From positions 63,401 through 90,236 of the forward strand of contig JBBIIG010000012.1 in the NCBI GenBank assembly GCA_037446635.1: 26,836 bases of DNA. Reading direction: 5' to 3'. The notes under the pieces were generated by a model. It saw only the letters and a program-made list of their open reading frames with translations, ran no database searches and was not told the origin of the DNA. Below, piece after piece: positions 8,603-16,685 of the stretch. Numbering within the stretch: the first letter of the stretch is position 1; the number at the start of each line of letters is the position of its first letter. Origin of the DNA: a bacterium. GTDB taxonomy: Bacteria > Zhuqueibacterota > Zhuqueibacteria > Oceanimicrobiales > Oceanimicrobiaceae. Position numbers and translations under genes: made by a program.

Positions 8603-10698
8603 GCGGCAACAGAAATCGCTTCGTTTTCACTTTTTGATTGTATGGAATTGAGAATGTCTTCTGCCTTGTCAAACTCACGCTCAGCAAAGTACAGATCGAA
8701 TTTAGTGAGTTGAGCGAAGAAAGCATCCGGAGTACCCGGATAGGAACTGAGAATCTCATCCAATAAGTTAAGAGCTTCGACAGTTTTATTTTGGTGTGAG
8801 TAAAGGTCGGCCAACATCTTCATCGCCGTGGCCTTTAGCTGCCCGTCTTGCTTCGCTAGTTGCTCAATGAAAGTCGAAATCGATGCATGATCTGTCTCTC
8901 TGTATAAACTGGCCAGTTCCAGGAGTGCTGTGTGGGCAAAAGGCATTTGCTTACTTTCAATAATTTGGATAAAGAGTGAAATCGCTTCCGCGGTTAGTCC
9001 CGCTCTGGACTTACTCAGTGCCTCAAAGAGCTTTTGCTCCAAATCATCGCTCGAAACTTGGTTTGGTTGAGATTCGTTCGATGTGCCTGTGATCATCATT
9101 AGAACATCCGAACAATCGGAAGGCCCTAAATTGTTGCTGTAGTAAATGGTGCCGCCATTAATGATTTGTGTTGGCGCACTGCCATTGTGCCAATAGTCAT
9201 ATTTGGCGTAGATGGTTCCGCCACTGGCTACTTCTAAGGTATTCGCGGCTGTATTGCAGAAGTGATTATTGCTTGTGGAACCTGCGCCATCTCCGGCCTT
9301 GATTCTGGCATTGCCATTGGCAAAGAGCCTTCCACCCTTGATTTTGTTTTTTCCGTCGAGGTACGGCGGCACACCGGCTATCCAAAACTCAATGCGACTG
9401 GAGTTCTCAGCGCTAACGGCCGGATAAGTTGAGGTATGAATGATATCCGTATCATGTATTGAGATAAATCCATAACTGCCAGTAGCACGAAATGTTGGTC
9501 CGGAGGCGCTGCGCACAGTACATTTGTAAAAAATCGGATTGTTGAAAGAAGTGCCACTACCAGATGAAGACACGCCAAACACATACGAGCCAGGGAGAAC
9601 ATCAATGGTGCAATTCTCGAAATACGGGCTGCTGCCTGCAATCGTAATAGCACTACTGGCCCAACCACCGGTCAGTTTATCCAGGGTGCAATATTTCAAG
9701 GTTCCGCTGCCAGTAGAAGCGAAGTAGATGCCGTTCCAGGAGGCGCCGCTGGCTGTGAAGATAACATTATCAGCGTTCAGCGTACCATTTGTAGTGATCC
9801 GTTTTCCAGTGGAAAACTTGATCGTGCTGACGTAGAATTTCCAAATCCTACCAGTTGGAATAGCAAAGTCCGAAGTAAAATATAAAGTCGTACCTCCGAG
9901 ACTTGGCTTGTATTGACCTACAATAGCATCCATTCGGCTGCTTTGGCCCGGGGTAAACTCATATAAACATGGATCAGTAGAGTAATCCATGTAATTGTGA
10001 ATGGGGTCGAGACCGGGTTGCGGACATGTATCCCGAGAATTTGGACACCCACTGGTGGGATTGCGTTGATATGGAGTGTCATCAACCTCATCACCCGGAG
10101 AAGTGCACCCGTTCTGAAATGTGTGGTAAAGCCCCAAATAATGGCCTACCTCGTGAACCCCTGTGTCCCCTTCGTTGTAATTAGTAATGTAGCCAGCAGG
10201 TAGGGACCCGTAGTCTAGAACTACACCGTGCTGACGAGAGGTTTCGGCGACATCCCACGGCCATTTAATAACCCAGCCCAGTGGACCTATCTCGGTTATG
10301 TAAATATTTAATGCATGCTTGGGATCGATAGCTAGCGCATTGGTCATATCCAGTTCTGCTTGCGAACCTCTGGTTATGTTACGCCAATTATTATTTTGGG
10401 TCCTACTTACCCCAGCCAGATAAAATGAATATCTGGTTCCATTTCTTGAGTATGCTGCATTTAAGGTGTCAATTTGAGCTTGAAGTTGCCAATCTGGGAC
10501 ATTACCGGTACCGTCACTGGCGTAAATAACGTGTAGAATTGTAGGAATGGTGATATTGGTACCGATTTTATAGAGCGGATTATCATAAACTACCTGACTT
10601 GGGTCAGGAGTTCCACAGCGCTGAATTTGGCCATAAGCAACTAAGTTGCAAAGTATCATGACTAAGGTCAGCAATGAAAAGACTACCCTGTTTCTCAT
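8551..10698 (-). CDS. Secreted M43 (pappalysin/ulilysin-type) zinc metalloprotease with beta-helix-like and TPR-like regions, C-terminally truncated
   Basis: Signal peptide, QRCGT cysteine-switch-like propeptide, HEVGHYLGLYH zinc motif, NYMDYS Met-turn, helical TPR-like region near the end. AAGGAGG SD. AT-richer codon usage than ppdK. Confidence 0.88.
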   Translation of the reverse strand: MRNRVVFSLLTLVMILCNLVAYGQIQRCGTPDPSQVVYDNPLYKIGTNITIPTILHVIYASDGTGNVPDWQLQAQIDTLNAAYSRNGTRYSFYLAGVSRTQNNNWRNITRGSQAELDMTNALAIDPKHALNIYITEIGPLGWVIKWPWDVAETSRQHGVVLDYGSLPAGYITNYNEGDTGVHEVGHYLGLYHTFQNGCTSPGDEVDDTPYQRNPTSGCPNSRDTCPQPGLDPIHNYMDYSTDPCLYEFTPGQSSRMDAIVGQYKPSLGGTTLYFTSDFAIPTGRIWKFYVSTIKFSTGKRITTNGTLNADNVIFTASGASWNGIYFASTGSGTLKYCTLDKLTGGWASSAITIAGSSPYFENCTIDVLPGSYVFGVSSSGSGTSFNNPIFYKCTVRSASGPTFRATGSYGFISIHDTDIIHTSTYPAVSAENSSRIEFWIAGVPPYLDGKNKIKGGRLFANGNARIKAGDGAGSTSNNHFCNTAANTLEVASGGTIYAKYDYWHNGSAPTQIINGGTIYYSNNLGPSDCSDVLMMITGTSNESQPNQVSSDDLEQKLFEALSKSRAGLTAEAISLFIQIIESKQMPFAHTALLELASLYRETDHASISTFIEQLAKQDGQLKATAMKMLADLYSHQNKTVEALNLLDEILSSYPGTPDAFFAQLTKFDLYFAEREFDKAEDILNSIQSKSENEAISVAAICPAVFICIGSKPVAM

Positions 10699-10726
10699 GT
10701 TTAACCTCCTTACCGAATCAACCTTC

Positions 10727-11185
10727 TCATTGTTTCTCCAATATTATCTTAAACAGAGCCATTCTTCCCGTCATATCAGGTGTTTCTAATCGGCGTTCAT
10801 AAATAATAAAAACAGACCAATCCAATGGTGTTTCGGTGCCTTCAAAATGTAACGAGTCGTCATTTACGCGATAGGTCCCACTATAACTCACATCGACAGG
10901 GGCAAAATTAGAACCAATATTTCCAGGAATGACGATACGTCCTTCTACTCCGTAGTTCGACGATAACCGTGCTGTAAGTATCCCGCCGTTAGCCAATATA
11001 TCTACTCCGCCATCATGCTCACCAGGTTCTGTAAATGTCGTGGCCCTGTAAAAGCCTGAAATTCGTTCAGCCTCGGTGATTGAGTTATTACAACTCGAGA
11101 AATTTACCGTGCACAATGCGTAGATGGCAATAAAAATTAACCCCACCCTGCTTATCAATCCAGTAATGTTAAATTTCATTTTCAT
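10727..11185 (-). CDS. Hypothetical exported protein, putative lipoprotein (start more likely ATG 11185 than 11242)
   Basis: AAGGAGGTGA SD lies 4 nt before ATG11185. Basic N-terminus, hydrophobic stretch, then FSS-C-NNS. Confidence 0.7.
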   Translation of the reverse strand: MKMKFNITGLISRVGLIFIAIYALCTVNFSSCNNSITEAERISGFYRATTFTEPGEHDGGVDILANGGILTARLSSNYGVEGRIVIPGNIGSNFAPVDVSYSGTYRVNDDSLHFEGTETPLDWSVFIIYERRLETPDMTGRMALFKIILEKQ

Positions 11186-11359
11186 GTCATTCACCTCCTT
11201 TAACAGACTATACAAACAGTAAAATTGGGGTCGAATTTTCATATTTTATTTTCATTGCTATCACCTCTTTTTATGCCGTGCCAACATACGCATGACTGAT
11301 TGCCAGCACATAGACACCGATTGCGTAGAAAATTGGCATAACGTCATGTTTCAATAATA

Positions 11360-13093
11360 TTACTTCTTCCTGGGCAACTCCTTGACCCCTAAAATAGCAT
11401 AGTAGCCATCGATGTTGCTCAACACATCAACTGCGCGTTGAATGACTTTGTCCTCGCCAAAACTTGCCTCCACCTCCGCGCTGGTGCCCCACATTTTGGC
11501 GGAAATCTCCTGGCGCAGTTGATCTTTGATGAAGTCTTTGCTGCGATCGAATTCCTTCTGCTTTTGATCGAGAACAATTTTGCGAACTTCCTCGAGGGGC
11601 GTCGACACGGAAGCTAAATATCCTTCTTGATCAATAACCTTATTGAGCTCCTCCAGAGCCGATTCCGCCTGTGTGGTGTATTCAAATTTTTGCTCCTCCA
11701 AAAACTGGCGGAATGCCTCAATCATTTCCTCAGTCACCTCAAACCCGCGAGGCAATTCCGGATGCTTGGCGGCGTAAATCACCGCAAATTGAAAAAGCTT
11801 GGTCTGCCGCAGCAGTTGGACTTCAAATGAACTTAACGGCGCATCTTCCATCACAATATCGGGGGTGATGCCATGAGACGCGTACACTTTGCGGCCGTTC
11901 GCGGTGTAATAAACTTCGCCGTCTTGCGCTTTAAGCGAGTCGTCAACGGTTTTTGCGCTGTCGGATTCGCCGTTTTCAACCTCCGCTAAAATATCATCCG
12001 CATCGTTCAAAAACCTTCGCGGATCCTGAATGGAGCGTCCGCTGGGGACGAGATATTTAGCGGTGGTGACTTTCAAAGCCGACTCGTTGGTGATGGGGAT
12101 CACGGTCTGCACCAGTCCTTTGCCGAAAGTGTTGGAACCAATCAGCACCCCGCGATCCAGATCTTGCACCGCGCCGGCCACAATCTCCGCGGCGGAGGCA
12201 CTGAAGCCGTTCACCAGCACCACTAACGGCAGGTCTTCGAGAATAGGGGATTTTTCAGAGTAGTATTTTTGCAGCGCGTTGCCGTTGCGTCCCTGCGTGG
12301 AGACGATGAGTTTGCCTTTGTCGATGAAATTTTCACTGACGCTGACCGCGGCTTCCAACAGGCCGCCGGGGTTGGAACGGAGATCGAGAATCAGCGATTT
12401 CAGGCCCTGTTTTTTCAATTCGCGAATGGCTTTTTCAATGTCGTTGCCGGCGTTGCGGGAAAAATGGCTCAGGCGGATGTAGCCGATGCCATCTTTTATA
12501 AAGCCGGAATACGCGACGTCGGTCACCACAATTTCCGCGCGAATGAGGCGAAACTCGATGGGCTGGTCTTCCCCTTCGCGGGAAATTTTGAGAAAGATCT
12601 CGCTGCCGATTTCGCCGCGCAAAAGTCCCGCCACGTGGTTGATGTTCATACCCTTTGTAGATTTGCCATCGACCTCGATGATAACGTCGCCTTCGCGGAT
12701 GCCGGCCTTCAGCGCTGGCGTGCCGTCGAAGGGCGGCTCCACCACCGTCGGCCAGCCGTTGCGCAGCCCGATGCGCATTCCCAGTCCGCCGTATTTGCCG
12801 GAGGAGAGAATCTGTAGCTCGGCGTTGTCCTCTGCTTCAACCAAGACGGTGTACGGGTCGAGCGTGGAAAGCATGCCGTTGATGCCGGCACGCATGAATT
12901 TGTTGGGATCGATTTCCTCAACGTACTTGCGGGAAATTTCCTGGTAAACGCGGCCGAAGAGCTCGATGTTTTTCTGAATTTGATGGTAGTAGTCCGGGCT
13001 GTAGGCCGAGACGAAACTCGCCAGCCAGCCACCGATCGTGACCAGAACGATGGTGAAGACGATTATTGCTGAGATTTGTTTTTTAGCGGACAT
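11360..13093 (-). CDS. S41A carboxy-terminal processing protease (CtpA/Prc family) with PDZ domain
   Basis: LDPYT, GGLGMRI PDZ entry, GYIRL, LILDLRSNPGGLL, SASAAEIVAG (catalytic Ser), TFGKGLVQ (catalytic Lys), GITPDI. Confidence 0.95.
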   Translation of the reverse strand: MSAKKQISAIIVFTIVLVTIGGWLASFVSAYSPDYYHQIQKNIELFGRVYQEISRKYVEEIDPNKFMRAGINGMLSTLDPYTVLVEAEDNAELQILSSGKYGGLGMRIGLRNGWPTVVEPPFDGTPALKAGIREGDVIIEVDGKSTKGMNINHVAGLLRGEIGSEIFLKISREGEDQPIEFRLIRAEIVVTDVAYSGFIKDGIGYIRLSHFSRNAGNDIEKAIRELKKQGLKSLILDLRSNPGGLLEAAVSVSENFIDKGKLIVSTQGRNGNALQKYYSEKSPILEDLPLVVLVNGFSASAAEIVAGAVQDLDRGVLIGSNTFGKGLVQTVIPITNESALKVTTAKYLVPSGRSIQDPRRFLNDADDILAEVENGESDSAKTVDDSLKAQDGEVYYTANGRKVYASHGITPDIVMEDAPLSSFEVQLLRQTKLFQFAVIYAAKHPELPRGFEVTEEMIEAFRQFLEEQKFEYTTQAESALEELNKVIDQEGYLASVSTPLEEVRKIVLDQKQKEFDRSKDFIKDQLRQEISAKMWGTSAEVEASFGEDKVIQRAVDVLSNIDGYYAILGVKELPRKK

Positions 13094-13107
13094 AAACGAC
13101 CTCCGTA

Positions 13108-13185
13108 ACGCGGACTTGCCGCATTTTCTTCGGACGCGGACAAACGCTGATTTTTATCTGCGCGCATCTGCGAAAATCCGCGCCC
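13108..13185. repeat. Imperfect inverted repeat of ~10-bp periodic units (ACGCGGAC/ACGCTGAT versus ATCTGCG/ATCCGCG)
   Basis: Right arm ATCTGCGCGC-ATCTGCGAAA-ATCCGCGCCC, left arm ACGCGGACAA-ACGCTGAT, in the spacer between tmk and the S41 gene. Confidence 0.6.
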
Positions 13186-13193
13186 TAATTTAA

Positions 13194-13823
13194 CTACTTC
13201 AACTTCAACTTATTTTTCACCTGCTGAAATATTTCTTCATGTACTTCCTCAACCGGCCGCGCGCCGTCGATAATCTTGAAGCGCTGCTTCTCGGCGCGCG
13301 CGATTTGCAAATAGCCATTTCGTACTCTTTGATAAAACTCCAGATTCTCCTTTTCCAGGCGATCCATCTCGGTGTTGCTTAGCTTTTTTCGTTCCAGCGC
13401 GGTTTTCGGTTCTAAATCGATCAAAAACGTCACATTGGGAATCACGTTTTGAACGACAAAACTATGCAATTTTTGAATAAATTCCAAGTCGATTTCTCGA
13501 CCGTAGCCCTGATAGGCGGTGGTGGAATCGAAGTAGCGATCGCAGATGACAATCTTGCCGGCGGCTAAATTGGGAACGATGCACTCTCGCACGATTTGCG
13601 CCCGCGCCGCGGAGTACAATAACACCTCGGTTTGCGCCGTCATGCCGTGATGGCGGGTGTCCAGCAAAAGGTCGCGGATTTTTTCCGGAATCTCGGCGCC
13701 GCCGGGCTCGCGCAGAAAGAAAACCGGCAACTGCAATTCCGTCAGCTTCTCCGTCAAAAGCTTTGCCTGCAGCGATTTGCCGGAGAAGTCGATGCCCTCG
13801 AATGTGATGAAAAAACCTTTCAT
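13194..13823 (-). CDS. tmk: Thymidylate kinase
   Basis: FITFEGIDFSGKS P-loop, REPGG, LLYSAARAQ, CDRYFDSTTAYQGYGR. Confidence 0.96.
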   Translation of the reverse strand: MKGFFITFEGIDFSGKSLQAKLLTEKLTELQLPVFFLREPGGAEIPEKIRDLLLDTRHHGMTAQTEVLLYSAARAQIVRECIVPNLAAGKIVICDRYFDSTTAYQGYGREIDLEFIQKLHSFVVQNVIPNVTFLIDLEPKTALERKKLSNTEMDRLEKENLEFYQRVRNGYLQIARAEKQRFKIIDGARPVEEVHEEIFQQVKNKLKLK

Positions 13824-13831
13824 AATAACCG

Positions 13832-13921
13832 TTCACCATTCGCAATTCAGCGTTTACAATTGACAATGGACAACCGACGATCGCAATTGTTAATTGTGAA
13901 TTATTAACGGTGAATTGTCAA
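13832..13921. repeat. Inverted array of degenerate heptamers (TTNACAA x7 / TTGTNAA x5)
   Basis: TTCACCA TTCGCAA TTCAGCG TTTACAA TTGACAA TGGACAA CCGACGA (13832-13880), then TTGTTAA TTGTGAA TTATTAA CGGTGAA TTGTCAA (13887-13921). Confidence 0.7.
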
Positions 13922-13951
13922 TTCCTGAAAATGTACATTCAACCAATAATC

Positions 13952-15292
13952 TTAAAAACTGACAAACTTCCACTTCTCGCTTTTAAACCGCCAATAATTG
14001 ATCAGCGTTCGCAGCAGCTCATCGCTGAAGTGCACCAGCCACAATGCCATCAGCGAAAATTGGAAAACAAAAACCAGCATCCAGTTCAAACCAATCTCCA
14101 GCACCAAAACCGAGAAGATGGTTAGCCACATGAGCCATTTGAGATCGCCGGCGCCGCGCAAGTTGCCGATGAGCACGCCGTCGATGGCTTTGGGAATCTG
14201 CACCATCGCAAACACCGTCAGCACCTTTGCCCCCAGGGTGACGACTTCCGGCTCGGAGGTAAACAGCGTCACCAGTTGTTTAGAAAACAGCTCGATGAGA
14301 ATAAAAACCGCGCCGGCAAATACCGCCACCACAGCGCTGGCGGTGTACGCGGTTTTCTGGGCCGCGGTGCGATCGTCGGCGCCTAAATTTTTACCCACCA
14401 AAGTCATCGCGCCGATTCCAAACCCCATGTAAAACATGGAAAGGATAGCTTGGATTCTCAGAAACACTTGATGCGTTGCCAGCACCGTGATGCCAATCAC
14501 CGCCGCGTAGCCGGTGACCACAAGTTGTCCGAACGCCCACACCAACTGTTCGATGGTCGTCGGCAGTCCGGCGTTGAAAAGCCGTTTCACGGTTTTGAGG
14601 TTGGGCGTGGTCAATTCGCGGAATGAAAGAAAGAGCACGGATTTGCGGCTGCGCAGCAAATAGAACGTTGCAAAGAACCCCAGCGAATGCGCAATACCCA
14701 TGGCAATGGCAGCGCCGCGCACCTCCAAGCGCGGAACTCCCAACCAGCCGAAAATCAGAATTGGCGCGAGGATCAAATTGAGCGTGTTGACCGAAAGGTT
14801 GATCATCATGGCATAGCGGGTGTCGCCGGCGCCGCGCAAAATTCCCAGCGCCACAAAATTTGTCAACACCAGCGGCGCAAACAGCGCCACGGTTTTGAGA
14901 TAAACAACGCCGGCCTCCCTCGCCTCCGACGATCCCCCCTCGCGGATGAGCTTGAAGGCTTGCGTGGCGCCGAAGTACCAACCCAACGCAATCAAGCACG
15001 ATAAAATAATCCCCAGCATCAGCGCCTGGCCGAGAATGTGGTTGGCTTCCCAGGAATTCCTCGCCCCTAAATAGCGGTTGATGATCACCGAACTGCCGAC
15101 AATGAACGTCAATAGTACCGTCAGTACGACAATGATTATTTGTACCGCCATGCCAACTCCGCCAAACGCCGCGGCGCTAATCTTGCCAATCAGGATGGCC
15201 TCGATGGTCCACATGAACGTCTGCGACGACAGGTCGATCACCGCCGGCAGGGAAGTCTTGAGTACGGTTTTGAGTGGAGACTTTTCAGCCAA
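13952..15292 (-). CDS. MATE family efflux transporter/flippase
   Basis: About 12 hydrophobic segments with an internal duplication (LRGAGDT / LRGAGDL), NLILAPILIFGWLG.P.LEV.GAAIA. TTG start with GAGGA SD. Confidence 0.92.
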   Translation of the reverse strand: MAEKSPLKTVLKTSLPAVIDLSSQTFMWTIEAILIGKISAAAFGGVGMAVQIIIVVLTVLLTFIVGSSVIINRYLGARNSWEANHILGQALMLGIILSCLIALGWYFGATQAFKLIREGGSSEAREAGVVYLKTVALFAPLVLTNFVALGILRGAGDTRYAMMINLSVNTLNLILAPILIFGWLGVPRLEVRGAAIAMGIAHSLGFFATFYLLRSRKSVLFLSFRELTTPNLKTVKRLFNAGLPTTIEQLVWAFGQLVVTGYAAVIGITVLATHQVFLRIQAILSMFYMGFGIGAMTLVGKNLGADDRTAAQKTAYTASAVVAVFAGAVFILIELFSKQLVTLFTSEPEVVTLGAKVLTVFAMVQIPKAIDGVLIGNLRGAGDLKWLMWLTIFSVLVLEIGLNWMLVFVFQFSLMALWLVHFSDELLRTLINYWRFKSEKWKFVSF

Positions 15293-15298
15293 AATTCC

Positions 15299-16618
15299 TC
15301 AATCGTAATATTCCAACCCGAGGTGGGTGATCAAATCTTCGCCCTTCATATAACGGAGCGTGTTTTTGAGTTTCATCAACTGGATGAAGAGGTCGTGTTC
15401 CGGATAAACATCCGGGGCCGTCATTGGGCTTTTGAAATAAAACGATAGCCACTCCTGAATTCCTTTCATACCCGCGCGCGCCGCCAAATCGAGAAACAAA
15501 ACTAAATCCAGCACAATTGGCGCTGCCAAGATGCTGTCGCGGCAGAGGAAATCGACTTTAATCTGCATGGGGTAGCCCAACCAGCCGAAAATGTCGATGT
15601 TGTCCCAGCCCTCTTTGTTGTCCCCGCGCGGGGGATAGTAGTTGATGCGCACTTTGTGGAACATGTTGCCGTAGAGCTCCGGGTAGAGATTCGGCTGCAA
15701 GATGTATTCGAGCACGCCTAACTTGCTCACTTCTTTGGTTTTGAAGGACTCCGGATCATCCAGCACCTCGCCATCACGGTTGCCGAGAATGTTGGTGGAG
15801 AACCAGCCGGAGAGGCCGAGGTAGCGGGCTTTGAGTCCGGGGGCGAGGATGGTTTTCATCAACGTTTGTCCGGTTTTGAAATCTTTGCCGCAAATTGGCA
15901 CGCCCTTCTTTTTGGCGAACTCGATCATCGCCGGAAAATCCACCGACAAATTGGGGGCGCCGTTGGCGTAGGGCACGCCCTCGGCGATGGCGGCATAGGC
16001 GTACAACATGCTGGGCGCAATGGCCGGGTGATTGTCTTTCATGGCTTTTTCAAAGGCGGCGAGATCGTTATAAACCGGATCATCGGGTTTCATGAACACT
16101 TCGGTGCTGCCGCACCACACCATGGCCAGGCGCTCGAGGTTGTGCTCGCGCTTGAAATTCTGGATGTCCTGCCGGATGCCTTCCATCCAGTCCCACTTGT
16201 TGCTTCCGGGCTTGACGTTTTTGCCCGTCAACTTTTTGACATATTTTTGATCGAAGGCGGCTTGCCACGGGCGGATGGCTTGCAGCTCGGGCTTGACTTG
16301 ATCGAGCAGGGTTTTCTCGAGCACGCCCGCGTTCACGGCCGATTCGTAACAATTGTCCTCAAAAATATCCCAGCCGCCAAAGACGATGTCCTTCAAATCC
16401 GCCAGCGGCACAAAATCCTTCACTTTCGGGACGCGATTTTCCGTGCGCTTGCCCAGGCGAATGGTGCCCATTTGGGTAAGCGAGCCAATGGGCTGGGCGA
16501 TGCCTTTGCGCACCGCCTCCACGCCGGCGATGAACGTCGTGCTCACGGCGCCCAGACCCGGCAACAATACTCCCAATTTACCTTTCGGTTCTGTAATGCG
16601 AATCTCTTTTTTATTCAT
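15299..16618 (-). CDS. ino1: myo-inositol-1-phosphate synthase (inositol-3-phosphate synthase)
   Basis: GLGAVSTT NAD-binding motif, VFGGWD, WCGSTE, ANGAPN, GKDFKTGQT, TNILGNRDG, GDNKEGWD, CRDSILAAPIVLDL, SFYFKSP. Confidence 0.96.
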   Translation of the reverse strand: MNKKEIRITEPKGKLGVLLPGLGAVSTTFIAGVEAVRKGIAQPIGSLTQMGTIRLGKRTENRVPKVKDFVPLADLKDIVFGGWDIFEDNCYESAVNAGVLEKTLLDQVKPELQAIRPWQAAFDQKYVKKLTGKNVKPGSNKWDWMEGIRQDIQNFKREHNLERLAMVWCGSTEVFMKPDDPVYNDLAAFEKAMKDNHPAIAPSMLYAYAAIAEGVPYANGAPNLSVDFPAMIEFAKKKGVPICGKDFKTGQTLMKTILAPGLKARYLGLSGWFSTNILGNRDGEVLDDPESFKTKEVSKLGVLEYILQPNLYPELYGNMFHKVRINYYPPRGDNKEGWDNIDIFGWLGYPMQIKVDFLCRDSILAAPIVLDLVLFLDLAARAGMKGIQEWLSFYFKSPMTAPDVYPEHDLFIQLMKLKNTLRYMKGEDLITHLGLEYYD

Positions 16619-16685
16619 TCTGTTCTCCTTAATGATTTCTATTTGAATTGGAATTTGTGTTTAAAAATATGAGAAACCGTTTGGG

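Noticed and set aside
11270..11290. sigma54 promoter (TTGGCACG on the - strand) upstream of cassette A
   Set aside because: The -24 element matches, but there is no TTGC/GC at the required -12 spacing.
13832..13921. CRISPR array interpretation of the periodic repeats
   Set aside because: The units are 7 bp with no unique spacers, and there are no cas genes. No CRISPR array, tRNA or rRNA was recognised anywhere in the window.
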